A stretch of 64,000 nt of DNA from the NCBI GenBank assembly GCA_965655095.1, contig OZ296654.1:47182001-47246000 (forward strand). Reading direction: 5' to 3'. Positions 23,407-37,700 of this stretch are shown piece by piece (position 1 is the first letter of the stretch; each line of letters opens with the position of its first letter). This stretch comes from Haplodiscus bocki. Its lineage: Eukaryota. A program made the translations under genes and the position numbers. The notes beneath the pieces are model-generated. The model did no database searches and had not been told where the DNA came from. It saw only the letters and a program-made list of their open reading frames with translations.

Positions 23407-24652
23407 TGTGAGGGTTGTTTTCTGTCCCTGGGCTGTTGAGTTGACCAGAGTGGTGAGAAAAATACCCCACTTCGGGATAGGGATCGCCAGAGGAACGATC
23501 CCTAGTGGTTTCCCGGTTTTCTGAGGTACTGTTCCTGGATGTTCCCGGAACAGCTACGGAACAAGTCCGAACTTGTGGGTTCAGAAGAAGCTCGTCAATT
23601 TTCGACAAGGCACCCAAAATACGTGATTCTGTTTTGCTAAATTCCTTTGACAGTTTCTTAGTTACTCTCCCTTCGATCTCCTCAGAGACCTGAAAGATGT
23701 ATTCTTGAGGTGATTCAGGGTCGAGTACATTCTGTGCTCAACTGTTTCTACTGTCTTCAGGCGTTTCTCTTGAAATTGCTGCTAATTTCCTCTTATTTCT
23801 CAACGTTGCCATACTGCTGAGGGAAAATTCTTGTCAGTCTTGAAGACTCAATTTATTTTATCTTTAGTTATCAATAATGGTCTCCTCTAAATTTGAGGAA
23901 AAGAGTCTTCAACGAGTACAAACAGTCAACAATGATTTTATAAAGAAATGGTACAATACCGAAAAGCTACATATTATATAATAATAACTGTACTATTATT
24001 TCTCCTATTTATACTTTTCCTTGGCGGGAAACATAGTTGTTTACACGCCAAATTAAGGTACAAATAGGGAAAAGCACTTTAATCATATTATTTATCAAAA
24101 GAGAGATGCCGACTCTGGCGGGAAATAAACACCCTTCCGTCTATTTCTTCCCTCACGGACCGCGTCTTTTCCATCTTTCGACGGAAAAGGTACGGGTCCG
24201 ATCCGTCGGAAATGGACATCAAAGAGGTTATTCAAACATAAATACAATAAATACAAACATAAGCAAAATATCAAAGATATTTCCATACAGGGAAAAATAC
24301 TAGAATAAAGTGAGAAAATAAGTTAAATTATGAAAAAATAAAGTTTATAATACTAAAAGTTTCATGTTTACATGCTGCGTCGATTAGATCCACTGTTGGG
24401 AATAAACTAGGCTTCTTTCCTAGCCCATTCCACGTTTCTACCAGCTCAGGCCTCACTTTGGCCCGAGTGTTCCGGAGCGACCACGTAGCCGCTTGTAGCA
24501 CTGCTTTCCGCAGTGCTACTGAGGAGAAATAATTCTGGTGGCTACGTAGACGTTCCGTGTCCGTCCAAAGTGAAACGGCGTAGTAGCACAGCGGATTGGC
24601 TGAAATCCTAGTGACGTTACCAGATTAGTTACGACAGAACACATACGGAACA
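23407..24652 (-). mobile_element. probable solo LTR containing the start of a gag-like ORF
   Basis: Minus strand reads TGTTCCG...CCTCACA; ORF from ATG ~23811 (MATLRNKRKLAAISRE...ESRILGALSKIDELLLNP) runs to the CA end; no matching TSD. Confidence 0.55.
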
Positions 24653-24830
24653 AATATTCACTTTTAAAGTCAAGCTCTGTTCTAATAGTTGAGCTATTGA
24701 AACTTGTTAAAGCTGTCAGTCTAAATAAACTACTGCACAGATTGAAAAAATTGGATTTATAAAATAATTAGCTAGATTACTTATATAAAATAGCACCTGA
24801 TATTAATATAAAATACAGTGAATATTCGTT

Positions 24831-25255
24831 TGTTCCGCATCTATTCCGTCCCAATCAGGATCAGTTCACCAGAATTACACGTATCGGATACGTGTTTTTA
24901 CATGAAGTAAATATTATGGGACGATACCTAACAACTACGTATCGTCCACATAAATTACATGTGTGAGTACTAGGTGGATACGTATCCACTACGTATCCTA
25001 AATATGAATAAGTAAGTACATGACACGTTGGGTATTTAAATCGATAAATCATAAGTTTAATAGTTCGTAGGAAAGTTTGAAATGTCTTTAAAGTTTCTAG
25101 TTGCTGCTAGATGGACCTGGGATGTCCTTTGCTGAGGGGATCTTCTAACCGCAGGCTTCGCAGACGTGCTGCGACAGGTACACAGCAAAATCTTGTCGCT
25201 CAAGACTAGAAGCCCCGGATTGGTATCAAATAAAACTCTAGTAGACGTGGGCACA
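24831..25255 (+). mobile_element. possible short solo LTR
   Basis: TGTTCCG start similar to the adjacent element, AATAAA at ~25228, ends ...GGGCACA; no TSD. Confidence 0.35.
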
Positions 25256-28200
25256 GTTAGCTAGAACTTGATTCGCTCTCTTGAGAAATTGCTAAGAGAT
25301 TGGTTGCCCAAAGTATTGTTTTCATTTCTTTCTAACCATTTGCGATTCGAATTTTTTGAGATCAGCCATTATTTTTTATAAGGTCGCCGGTAATTTCGTC
25401 AATAACGCCGATATCTAGCTAAGAATCGCCGATATGTCGTAATCGTAGAGATATTGTTGAGAAATTGGTTGACCGTCAGTAATTTTTGAAAACATTGCTT
25501 GTGTGCTAGCATTAAAACGCTGCTAAAGTATGATAATGTAGTGCGTATGTCAAATATGCAAACACTCTCTCGGGAAAATCTGCTACAGTTCGAGGTTCTA
25601 AGATAAAAAGTCAATACACTGGATGCACTTTCATGAAACTGATATCACAAATTTGCCGTGTAATTGCTGCTTCTAAACTGAAATATATATATAACTGTTA
25701 ACTGAGAAACTGTGATCTTTGTTGCAAAAATGTTATAACATTGTGATTACAATGTTTCAACTTTTATGCAACATAAAGGTCACTCTCGAGTTGAATAGAC
25801 TTTTTCTACTTGAGTTGAATAGACTTTGTTCGATCGAAACTTGAATCTCAGGGTTTTTCCGGGCTCAACCCTACTTCCCATTTTAAAACTCTGAAAAGCG
25901 GTATTATTAGTAAGTTGGGATAGGTAAGAATTCACCTTTCACAAAAAAACTTCCTGAACAAAATCAACTACAAATTGCGAAAGTTCGATGACGGCAAATT
26001 TTGCTACGAACGATCGGTATCCGCGGCTAACTTTCGCAGAAACGCCGGTAACTGCAACTAAGTTCCCAATAAATGTCGGTAGCCGCAACTAATTTTCCAA
26101 GAAACGCCGTTATTTTTATAACAAAATGCCGCTTTTTTCGCAGTTTTTTATTTCCGGCGATCCACCTTTGTAGCAGGACCCAGGTTGCAACAGGACTTGC
26201 AACTTCTAAAACAACATCACATGATGAAAGTTTTATTTGAAACAGAAAATTTTTTGAACAGTTAAAAAACTTGTAGTCATAAAATTTTTGTCTGGTTCTC
26301 TGGTCATTTTCATTTTGATCAAATGGTAGAGTTTTGTTACTTTCTTATTCCACTAGCTGCAGCTCTGCAGTTTTTCAAGACTTTCCAATTGAATATGAAT
26401 TTATGAAAAACTGAGAGCAGCCAAGTTGGTTCATACTTTCGAAGAAATTATATTCATAATCATTGATTCTAAAATCGCCGCTATGCGAAAGCTCCAGGAA
26501 AAGCCGATTACATGCGGCGAGGAAACCAAGCATAAGGCCCTGGACCACGAAAAATCTCCTACGTCCTGCATGCTGGGTCATCAAATTTAAACCTCAGGTT
26601 TCCGCGTTAGTGGGGGTTCTGCAAGCTCGGGGGAATCCCCTGCCAATTGGCGATAAAAACCAGTGCCTCAGGCTAAATCGTTTGTCTAGACCCGAACACA
26701 TTTTGCAAACACTTACCTCTCCCAAAGTTACACTAACATCCGAAACTTCGGAATTCTGGTAATGAAACCCAAAGCGTAATGCAACATTTCCAGTTCAATG
26801 TAAAATGATAATCAATTGTAAATTGTAAATGATCTCAAATTTAAGTTTTGTTGATCCCAGATCTCTCAGTTTTCAGTTTTAATAGTTCTTCCCTTGTATC
26901 ATGGTGATCGCGAGATTGAAGGCAGAATGTTTTTTTTTGCTGCCAACCATGTTCTAGTCACTTAGGATTTTTGAAGTCATCCACGCAAAACTGTCAAATT
27001 GTTAACAAAAAGTTTTGACGTCCATAGCTTTCGATTACAGTAATTCCCGATGATATCCTAATAAGAACCACCGATAAGTTGTATTGATAGAACTTCTAGA
27101 TATTGGCAGAGATATCTTATGTATTTTTCCAAAGAAATACTCGCTTTACCGCCAATAGCGTAGGAAAAAACCGCTACTAAATTAAGATAACGTACTCCTA
27201 TTGTCAGTTTTTAAGATGTTATTGCGTGAAAAACCACATGACGTCACCGAGTTCATAGGACAAAATTGACTTGATTCACTCTCTTCAAACTGACGTCAGA
27301 AATTTTCCGAATCATTGTCGTCCAGAAACTAGAAATGTTGGATAAAATTTAGCACAAACATATTAGAGGTCATTACCTTGCAATCAAATTCCAACCTCAC
27401 CGGGACCCAAAATTGAGCATAGGACTTTGGGTAAGTCGGCACATACGAGAAGTAAATTAAATCACCACGGAACAAAATGTTAAGGTATGAGTTCTTGATC
27501 AATGGAGTAAATTGAATCGCATTTTGAACAGATGATTTCCGATTTGACTAGCCCTTGTTTCGATCCTAATAAAATGATAACCTCATAAATTGTAGGATTT
27601 TCTATTTTTACGACTTAGGATGTTATAGAGGTGAAAACTGTCAACTAGGTACTATGAATGAAAGCGGCATTTAACGAATGTTGAAAACAAATCCCCTACT
27701 CTCCAATTATTTCGGAAACAACCTCGCCTTGACAACCAGAAGTGATCCAAACAACCACTGGGACTTTTAAGGTTGTATATCGTTAAATGACCACAACTCT
27801 CAACGACCATTGTCGCGCAACATATATGCGCTTGTGAGGTTGTAAGATGGGAAGATATTTCCGTGTTTCTGCTGATAGTATATACTCAGCCATTGAATTT
27901 TCATTGCACTCAAAACGTGGAAAATTGGAAAGAAAACTACAAAACCATCAAGCGGCCGCTGTTATCGAAACTTTTGATGTTTGGAGATTGAAAACTTAGA
28001 GAGCTACTTAGTGAGCAGATTAGATTGTGAAATGCACTTTTACCTGAGTAGCGTGATATAACCTGTCATAATGGAGCGGCTGGGATATAAATCAACCTCT
28101 GTTAAATTTAAGCGCAAAATTAATCAAAGTCAAGCATTTTTTGGCTTTTGAACGTATATTTTAAGTGTAATTGCTGTCGTACGAGAGGTTAACTCTCTTG

Positions 28201-31200
28201 AAAAGATGACAGTTCATTTATTGGATATGCAAAATAGAATAAGTTTCCTTCGAGTATTCCTACCTTCAATGAACATACCGACGTCGTGGAGTAATTAACC
28301 AAGAATAACCCCAACGCTTTCAGTAATGCAAGTGTGACAAATGTGAATAAGTGAGTGTTGCGCTGGCGTAAAAACCGCAAAAAACGAAGGGAGGTAGTAG
28401 AAGAGTGATAAACATTTAGAGCTCGCTGGCGGCCGGTTGGTTCGTTGATATCTTCGTCACCGTTGTTTTTTCTTCGTTGATAATTTTTTTCTAAGAGAAA
28501 TAAGAGAAGTTCAGTGGACGTTTTTATTTATTCGCGGTTTTCTGGAAATCCAAAAAAAGTAGACAGATGTTACAGGGCAAGACGTTTAGTCAACGACATC
28601 TTTTGTTGGAATTGTTTCGAACTTGTGCCTTCTTATCAGACCACTGACGACTTCAAATGTCAGATGTCAAAGAGCACAATCTATGAGATTTTGGAGGCTT
28701 TTTGATTTTTTCGTGGTATATCAGTGCTAGGAAAAGAGTAGATAGCTTCCTTTTGCTGATTTTTGACAATTACTGAAACAGTTACTGCAATTGTGTTTTC
28801 GAGCTTATTTGCATTTATTTGTTATTTTCGCCTCTACGAAAGCTAATATATGATTTTTTCAGAAGAAAATTGGGTTTTTCAAGTGCGTGCAAGAGAAGTT
28901 GAAGTTTGGCGGGATAGCAGAATACGCAATGGGTTCCTACTCCGTTCAGACAATCCCCAGGAAATATCGTTTCGGAAATTTAATCAATAGTAAGCAAACG
29001 ATCCCATGAAATCTATGTGGTATAAAAACGCCTTGTGTATCACCCTGCCTTACTCCTGCCTCGTCTTGAAGGTGTGAACACACTTAATTGGGTGAGCTCA
29101 GGTGCCTTGTTTTGCGGTCCTAGACCAATTTTCTAGAGAATCAAATTTGTGTCGAATTATGACCCATCTCGGCATCTTTCGTCTGAAAAATTTCTCACGG
29201 ATGTTATAAATCTCAATAGTTATGAAAGAGAAATAGTTTTAGTTTCAAGATTGGTCAATATATAAATAACATATGCGAATAATGTTGATATATATATTCT
29301 TTGCGAAGTTTTACAAATGGAAACAGAAAAATATCGGTTTCCAAGAAACAACTAGCAGACTGGATTATAAGGTCAATTATACTTATCCTATTTTTTTTTC
29401 ATTTCCTAATGTGTATATTTGTGTATATCGTTCATTAGTCAGCTCAAAATCAAGCATTTGTTAAGGCTGGATCTGTTTTGCATTTTATAAGCTTTAGTGA
29501 ATGAACTAGCAGAATGAAATAGATATCCACACAATGACATCGACGCAAATACTGATAGTTGAACATGATAACTGAATTGATTGACGCAAATGGACTCATA
29601 ACTTACAGACCTGATACTTTCGTTTTCTAGAAAATATAAAAGTACGCAAATGTAGAGTTTTTGGTTATTATGAGTAAATTCAAACAAAACGAAATTGGGT
29701 TAATAACTTATGAGTCAAAATTGAATCACGCCTCCGTTGTATGCAATATTATTCACCTAATTTTTTAAGAGATCTTTTTTTTGTAGCGCCATATGTTCTT
29801 GAAAAGGCAACCAACTGGATTATCAGATTCTTGGGAAATCTAAATAGTCTAAAAACGGCCCGGGTGGTCTTGTGTTTAAAAACCACTCCAGTTGCTCCCC
29901 ACAGAATTGAGACTTATCATCCGTAGTAAGACAGAGTTGTCTGAGAAGATTAAAAAAAATATTTCAGTACGGTCCAGAGATACATCTCTGGGAAAAGAGA
30001 TGCTAAACTTTATAGCCGAGCCATAGTAAGTTATCTCTTTTATCAGTTTTGGACTTTACTATGTCATCTAAGGCCTTTTAACGTAGTCTTATCGTTCCCA
30101 TGTAATCGTCTAATGATTTATGAAATTCATGAAATTATCAACTCGAAGACGAAGGAAGCTGGAATTCAGAAAAAAAATGTTAATTTTGTGGGAAAGACTA
30201 GTGGGCTTTTTGACTTCACTCAATCTGGGATGAAATGATGTTTCTTCCAGTTTTCTGATTCAAGATTCTTCTTTACCCTTTACTCAGAGAGCGAAAATCG
30301 CAACCACAGAAGTTGGTAAATACCTGAGCTGAAAAAAAATTGACAATATAATTTGAACTTTACATTTCTGAACCCAGAAATACCTTATTATCGGAAAATT
30401 CTTAACAAGATCTTATATCGCTAGTCCGCAGTAAATTATATTTGAAGCGGTCAAACCGGGAGACACCTTTACCTCATGCATTTTCCCCCTAATCTGCAGT
30501 AATAGAATCTTTTGAGAGAAACTGTGTCCTTAACATCATGACATTTTACGTCATAAATTTTTGTGTAGGATTTAGGGATAGTGTAGAAGCTTTTATTTTG
30601 GATTAACATGATTCAACGCCCTAAGCTAAACCTGAAAACTCAGACCTAGATATCTTCCATTAAAAGTTCCCATCCTACTCCGGTGGTTCTAAAATTTACG
30701 CTTTTACTAGTGATGTCGCAGGCTACCGCATGTGACGTACAGATATACCAAACAACCCACGGGAACACTTGCCAGGGGCTGCAAGAAAACTTCCTACCCC
30801 TGTTCCAAGATTGAGACCAAAGTTTATGAATAAGTAGGAAGAAAAATATTTTTAAAGTTACAGATATTGATTTTTTTTGCTTACAATGACTACTTATATT
30901 TATGATACCTTTATAATAGATGTATAACCATACTGATGACAACAGTACAAAAGACAACTGAGCGCGAAGATGGCAATAAAATAGAATGCAGTAATATCGT
31001 ACTAATTTGCTTACTAAACTGCTTGTTTCCCACTCGCTGCTTTAATTTTAGCTTAGCATCCACCAAAAAGGTTTATTCAAATGCTTTTAATTTCAAAGCG
31101 TCGAAAAAACTGTAGTATTGACGCGATTTTGACGAAGCTGTAGGCAACCACGCTCATCCTTCCCTCGCAACGACGTGAGTCTGAACTATTGTCAAAATTG

Positions 31201-31641
31201 CGTCAACGGTACGAAATTGACGTGAATAGGAAAATAATCAAAGCAAGACATTGTTGATTTGGAAAGGACTAAATGCTCTCAAAAAAATTTTTTAACTTCA
31301 AATGAAATTACTTTCAGACTAAATATGAAGTACATTCAAAGTATCTTTAACTAATTCAAAATTTATGACAGAAAAAGTTATAAATGTGAAATTTCGACGA
31401 CTTTCGTCAAAAATAAGTCACGTTACTTATTTTGACCTAAAAGTAAATGAATTCCCATCATCAAGCAGTACTAATTTATATATATGGCAAAACCAAGTCA
31501 CACACACTTGTTTGTGAAAGCAATTCCCAAACATGACATACACCCTTGCACAAGTTGATTCCCAGACGTAAACTTGCACAGAAAAGAACCTTCAGCATTT
31601 GGCATTATCAATTCAACCAGGATAGGGTATATTTCGAATGA

Positions 31642-32541
31642 TGTTATTCTTTACAGAATTATATAATATGTAATAATACGTCACGTAAACGCAGTATTTT
31701 TTGCTATGACTTTACTTTGAGTTGTAGTCATAGTTATATTTATAGTTATAAAATCATCTTCGGGAGGATGCTGATTGATGAACGAGAGACGAAGCTAGCC
31801 AAAGGATCCATGACCCTTAGTTGACCAAGGAAAAACACAATCCTTTTCAACTACCATGAGGAACAGTCGCTTTACCACAAACTCTCAAGACATCCTTTAG
31901 CTCATCACTTGCTTTATCAATTAATTGTAGTGCAACCGTTGATTTGTAATATTAAAACCGAATTGAAATAATCTTGCAATTATGGTTTCCACTTGTTAAA
32001 AAAAGCATAAAAACAAAAGGCTTCTCAGCCAATTATATGAGTCTTTTGATGATTTTGTTATCTGTGCTAATAGCGAGTGTGGCTGAGAACGAGACGGTAG
32101 GAATACAAAATGATGGTTTAGTTGGCAATTCCGGAAATTTAACAACTGGTGAAAATAGTATGTGTCATATTCAGGTCATTGAAAGAAATTTTTCCGACAG
32201 TATCAGGAGAAAAGTTGATAGTGTTGTTGCTGCCGTCGGAAATCGAATTCATGACAAGATTTTGACGGCAATGAATTGGGTGTTTATGCCAGGTGTTGAA
32301 CTGGCCGTGAGATCAGTCACTGGGTCACCAGGACGTGGACTGGACAGTGTAGTCCAAAACCCCTAGTGAAGAGATTTTTGAGGAAGTATGGGAGATACTC
32401 CGCTCATGAGGGCATCCAGTCGCACAGACTCAAACATCAATAACAAGAGAAATGATGAGACTCGAAATAGTGAGAATATCGAAAACGGAGATTTTCCGGC
32501 ATTGAAATCAAATTTTGACCGGCAAACGCATACTCATCACA
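31642..32541 (+). mobile_element. probable decayed solo LTR with gag-like ORF start
   Basis: TG...TCACA ends; ORF 31974-32366 is helical and gag-like, and coding-like sequence runs up to the CA end; flanks aatga/gttga only partly match. Confidence 0.4.
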
Positions 32542-33375
32542 GTTGAGGCATGTCAACACAAATTCAAGGAAGACATTCCCTTTATTTCACATCATTAAAT
32601 CAAAAGGCTTTTTGTTGAAAATTCTCAGTTTCAAATTTCTCGGTCTGACCTTGTGGTGGCTGCGACTTGTTGTTTTTCGCCTCTTCAACTCCCGAAAATG
32701 TTCATTTTGCTGCCCTGGATGTCACAAAAATGACTGAGACACCACATCCAAATTTTGCAATTGTATGAGATCGCAGATCAATCTAAGTGAAAAGTTTCTA
32801 CTTCATGACTTACTTGTGGCACCTATAACATCTGGAAAATTTATCTCGATACAGCATAAAAGAATTGTACCTGAGTTGAATTTTTGGGGAACGGCATTTA
32901 AAAGCAAACTTCATCTGAGCCATCAAACTTGAATATTTGCAAGCTGAGCCATTTGGAAGAGAATTGAACGGGTTTTCTTAGTTTTGAAAAGAAGTTTATG
33001 AGAATCAAGTTGACCGGCAAATTGTAAGGTTTTTTCTTATTGATCTTTTACTATAGACATGGCTTAGGTGAAGGTTGTTCATGACGCATCATAATTTGTA
33101 ATAATTGATTGAAGGTCACAATGATAAATCGCATAAAAAATATTGAATCTCAAATTATTTGGCCCGTTTCTTGTGTTTCCAAATATTTCCAAATTCCAAG
33201 TATTTTTAAACTAAGTTTCTTCCAAAAAACAATTTTAAGGCAAGTTTTTAAATCAAACAATCCTAACAGAAAAGGTGCTCATGAAATCCCTTAAATGTTT
33301 TTGACTTTCAGTGGAAATATTGATTCCGGTAGTGATTACAAACTTTCAGTATTAAGTCGTTTGGATTTGTTTCAG

Positions 33376-33573
33376 CGGTGTTCTAGCAGCATGTTTTGCC
33401 GCTGTCAACAACCATGTCTATGTCTTTGGGGGACTCGATAGTGGAAACAAACAATTGAACTCAGTGGAGAGGCTGAACGTGACGTCAGAGGGGCAGCCAG
33501 TTGGTAAATGGCAGTTGGTGCCACCAATGAAGTCACGAAGATCAGGTTGTGCAGCTGCTGCGGTTAATGAAAC
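33376..33573 (+). CDS. internal exon of a host kelch-repeat protein gene
   Basis: Acceptor tttgtttcag and donor gtgagt flank an open frame GVLAACFAAVNNHVYVFGGLDSGNKQLNSVERLNV...GKWQLVPPMKSRRSGCAAAAVNE (YVFGG, SVE, W..V.PM..RR kelch signature); 198 bp, same phase at both ends. Confidence 0.9.
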
Positions 33574-34739
33574 GTGAGTGCACCCTTCTGATTTCCGCAC
33601 AACTTAAACAGTAAATAGTATTTATAAAATGTTATAAATCTGAGTCCTGATAGCCCCTCATTATCCGGTTCAGAATTCGTTTCTTCTGAAGTTAATTCAA
33701 TGTTAGTTTTCCCCTTTCACGCTTCATGAATGGCCAAATTCTTTCAATGGATCAAGTACTCCTTTGAAACTCACATAAAACACTACTATTTGGTATTCAG
33801 ATTCTGGATTTCGTTTCTTTGAATCATCTCTCAATTTGCTTTCGCCAAATTTCATCGACTTCCTCAAATTAAACTAGAAGTGATTGAGTACATTTAAGAA
33901 AACATCTTCTGAAACAGTTATAAGTTTGTGGAACCCCTCAAGGAAAGAAATTTGAATGGATGGCCCATTGTACCGTTTTGAAGAGGTTCAAGTTCAAGCA
34001 AAATGTTCCAACGCTTTTATTCGGTGTTCGGTGCTTTCATAGAAAAAGTGAACTCTTGTCATCACTTCGATCACTTGGAACTCTCCGATTTTCTTTTCAC
34101 CACTCTCCTCCGAAATGTCAAAATCTCTGCTCATTGCCTACTAATTAATCCAGTGCTTAAAAAAAATGAAACTCATGGACCACTACGACATTTTCCGGCA
34201 CTGTCAGACAAGAAACTAAGTCAAATTGCAAAACACTGATATCTAAAAATCTACGCATAACTTTATCTTCGCGTTTTTGGCCACAGATTTGATTAATAAT
34301 GTAGGACAGATCGTTGGAGTTGCTAAATTTACCGCGCAACTGAAAACGAAATCATTCAGCAGACTTTGGTCGAAGAAAGAGAAGAAATTTGCTCGGTCGT
34401 CAGAAAAAAAAATTTAATTGTAAATGTTGTTGCAAAAATCCTGCTGTAATTGTTCTAATTGTGGTAACTGCTCAGTTTTTTTATAATGTTGTTGACTGAA
34501 GTGTTGCTTTCGCTGCCGTTGTCTCGGCTGGTCCTCATGTTTAAGGTGTAATTACACTAGCAATGGTTGCTCCTGTTGTTGTTGTTGCTGTTGTTGTTAC
34601 TGTTGTTCCACTTGTTTTCTGATATTGTTTGTGCTAGAGTATTACAAAATCTATAAAGATGGAGTCAGCCTGGTGAGGTACTTATAAAAACTTAGAAACG
34701 AGAGACAACACGTTTTAGCTATATTTGAAGAAGTGAACA

Positions 34740-37700
34740 GCTAATCGCTAATCTACTAAGTGTACACTCAAAAGATCTAGTCACGAAAGACAACCATTTC
34801 TACTTTAATTGTACCTATAAAAGTCTATAATAGCGAATAAATCTCATCAATTTAAACTTATAAGGAGGCAACTGCCGGTTACAAGGGGGATATCTTTTTA
34901 GGCATGAGATCAACAAATTAAAGACTCAGAATAATTGTACAACAACCGACAAGGCCTGAAACAAACATCTTGTTTTCGATAATAGACCGGACTTTTGAGA
35001 TCTAGTTGTCAACACTTTAACAGGTTGGTTGTAAACAGTATTTTGAGAGTTTCATATTGTACTACGATACTATTCTCCTTAGCAGCTTTTCCCAAGTTAT
35101 GTTTCTTTTTGGACTTGATAAGACTTGCTTTGTTTTATAATCAAATTCGATTTTTTGCTCATTTCGAGGGTGAGTTTTCTTTTTCAAAGTCCAATGACAC
35201 TTTAGTTCGGGTTGTTTGTCAATATAATTGAGCAAAGGTTTTGAACTCCTCCAAGTATGTTTCATCGAGGCGTGAAAAAAAAATTGAAGAGAAAACCGTC
35301 ATGAACCGAATTTGAAAGAATTCGGGTTATTGATAAAAAACTCTGGAGAAAATTGAATTGAAAGTAGCAAAAACTGTAGCGCTAGCAATTTTGGTCGAGT
35401 CGATGAGAAGCTAGGCGGAGTGGAGAAAGTTTCAAAGGAGTTTCGAACATTTCATTACTAATGAAGCCAACTAATATAAGATATTTGACATCAAACAAAA
35501 GCACAGGGGGTTGAATATTTACTCATAGGCAGCAAAAACCGTTGAAAAGAATTTTCTAAAGTTTGAAAACTGTTTTGAGTTTTTAATGATTATACTGAAA
35601 GTTTTTCTCTTTGTAATCTTTTGAGTGTCATCGGAAGGAAATTTTATCAGTCATCACCAGTCTTTACAAGAGGTTGTGGGTTGCGAAGGACAAAGATGGA
35701 TTCCATAAAGTTGGAGGTTGGACATGATTGTGTGGCTCGTTGTCATCAATACGATATTGGTCATCCCTGACGGAAGATCTCAAAAAAAGATGCGTTCTCC
35801 AACAGCGAGCTGTTCTTCGGGTATCGCCTGGAAGAATAAAAAAACTGTTTGTCAGTCAAATAGGAGGAACAAATTGTCAAGTTATCCAACAATGAGGAAG
35901 CAATGAAACAAAAATGATGTTGAGTGTTGCAGAAATAAGAGTGAAACTCAAAACTCAAGGGTTTGCAAAAATTGGCCAAGTGTGAAAAAAACGGGTGTTT
36001 TTTTCGATGCAGCTCGTGGCCAGTTTCGGAGCGGAATTGCAATACCAGAAAGTGCAGAGAAAGTGGGATTTGGGGCATGTTACCGAGCAAGACGTGTATC
36101 TGTAATAGGCATGTTTTGGGGATGTGCTGAAGTTTACAGTTGACTTGGGTTAAAAAATTTTGGGGTGGTGAATTTTTGGATGTAGCTTCTGATCAGGATT
36201 TTGTTGAAATGACCGAGAAGAATTTTTTGGGTATTCTAAGTGAAAAAAGATGTTGGGATTTCTTTAGAGGGGCAAAATTGGAAAAAAAATCTGAGCGCGA
36301 TGAGGGTGCTTCTTGGTATCGAGCTAAACAGGCTAATGTCGATTCAAAAATTGACGGAAAAGGGCAGTGGAGCTGGAGTGGCCAATTTCCTCGATAACTG
36401 AAGCAAAGACCTGGGGAAACTTGTAAAATTGAGTTGCAGAGTCTATAGTACAGGTGTCATATGAAGTGTTGTTGATGTGCATCATTTAGGCAAAAATTGA
36501 CATTGACTTGAGTTTGTGGCAATTCAGTCAGGTTGTGATTAGATTGACCCTAGAAGAAGAAAGGCTGAAAAAGGCCCAGGAAAGGAGCTACAAGCATTTT
36601 GTGTCTCAATTTTTTATTGATTGAGTTTTTGAGTTATGTATTCCTAATGAAATTTTGAAATCAATTCGGAGTGAGTGAGAGTTAATCGTGGGAGTTATTT
36701 TGATTGTGGCACAATTGTCATTGGGTGATTAGCTGCGAAGTAACAGAAGGTGAGGTTAAATTTTTGTAGAATGAACATAGAGGGGCTTCAATCTACAACG
36801 CAAGTATTTTATATTTCAAGTTTAGAGTGGTTAATTGTCTAGTTTTCCTTCAATTAATTTGGGTTAGAGTTGTAACTGCAGTTGAAATATCATTCAAAAA
36901 GACAGATTGATTTTCGTTTAAGCTAGTTTGGTGGTGTCTTTGTTGGTAGTACAAGTTAAAGTTTCGATGTTAAAATTTTTGTGTTCAGACCGGGTTTCAA
37001 CATTTGGTTGAACTAGTAAATAATTTCATTCGCCTATTTTTTTGGTAACGCGCCCTCCTATAAAGTCTTCGTGAAAGTTGACTCAAAGTGTTTTCTTTCA
37101 GTTGGAAGGGTGAGTTTCTTTCTCTGCGTGTCAGTGGAGAACCTTTTCAGAATGTTCAACATTTGATCGAAACCAGATAAATTGTTCTTAATTTTTCGGT
37201 GACTGTGCCATTTGGATTATTGCTAATATATCGTTTTATTTATTCAATTTGTTCTGTGTTGACAATGTTGGATTGTTCAAAGGTTTGATCTTTGTGATGG
37301 AAGTTGGAATCGCTCACTTGTTTCTAAGGAGTGATGTTTTTCCATTCTCAATTGTTCTTTTTTTCCATGATATACCCGGGCAGTACTGTTACAGTGTATA
37401 TCAGTTGCAAACTGTCATGTTAAAAAACTGGATGAAATAACTTTGGATTCTGGTTCCCTTTTTGGAAGTCATCTGAATCAGTTTGAATTATTACAGCGGC
37501 AGTGGCTAATAAAAAAGCTTCGACAGTGATACAAAATGATTCAGTTGTTTTGGGTATCGCTAATTCAGTATCCGTTGAAAGAATGTTTGACTTTGCAAGT
37601 GAAATTCTAATTCTTAATTCCAAAGGATAAAATCATCCTCCGGCAAAAAAACTGTAAAAGCGTTTCAATGAATTCTGACGTTTTTTCACAAAACTGGAAG

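Noticed and set aside
26460-30960. Additional kelch-gene exons (GC-richer patches near 26500-26760 and 30650-30830)
   Set aside because: No kelch signature in an open frame with convincing splice sites.
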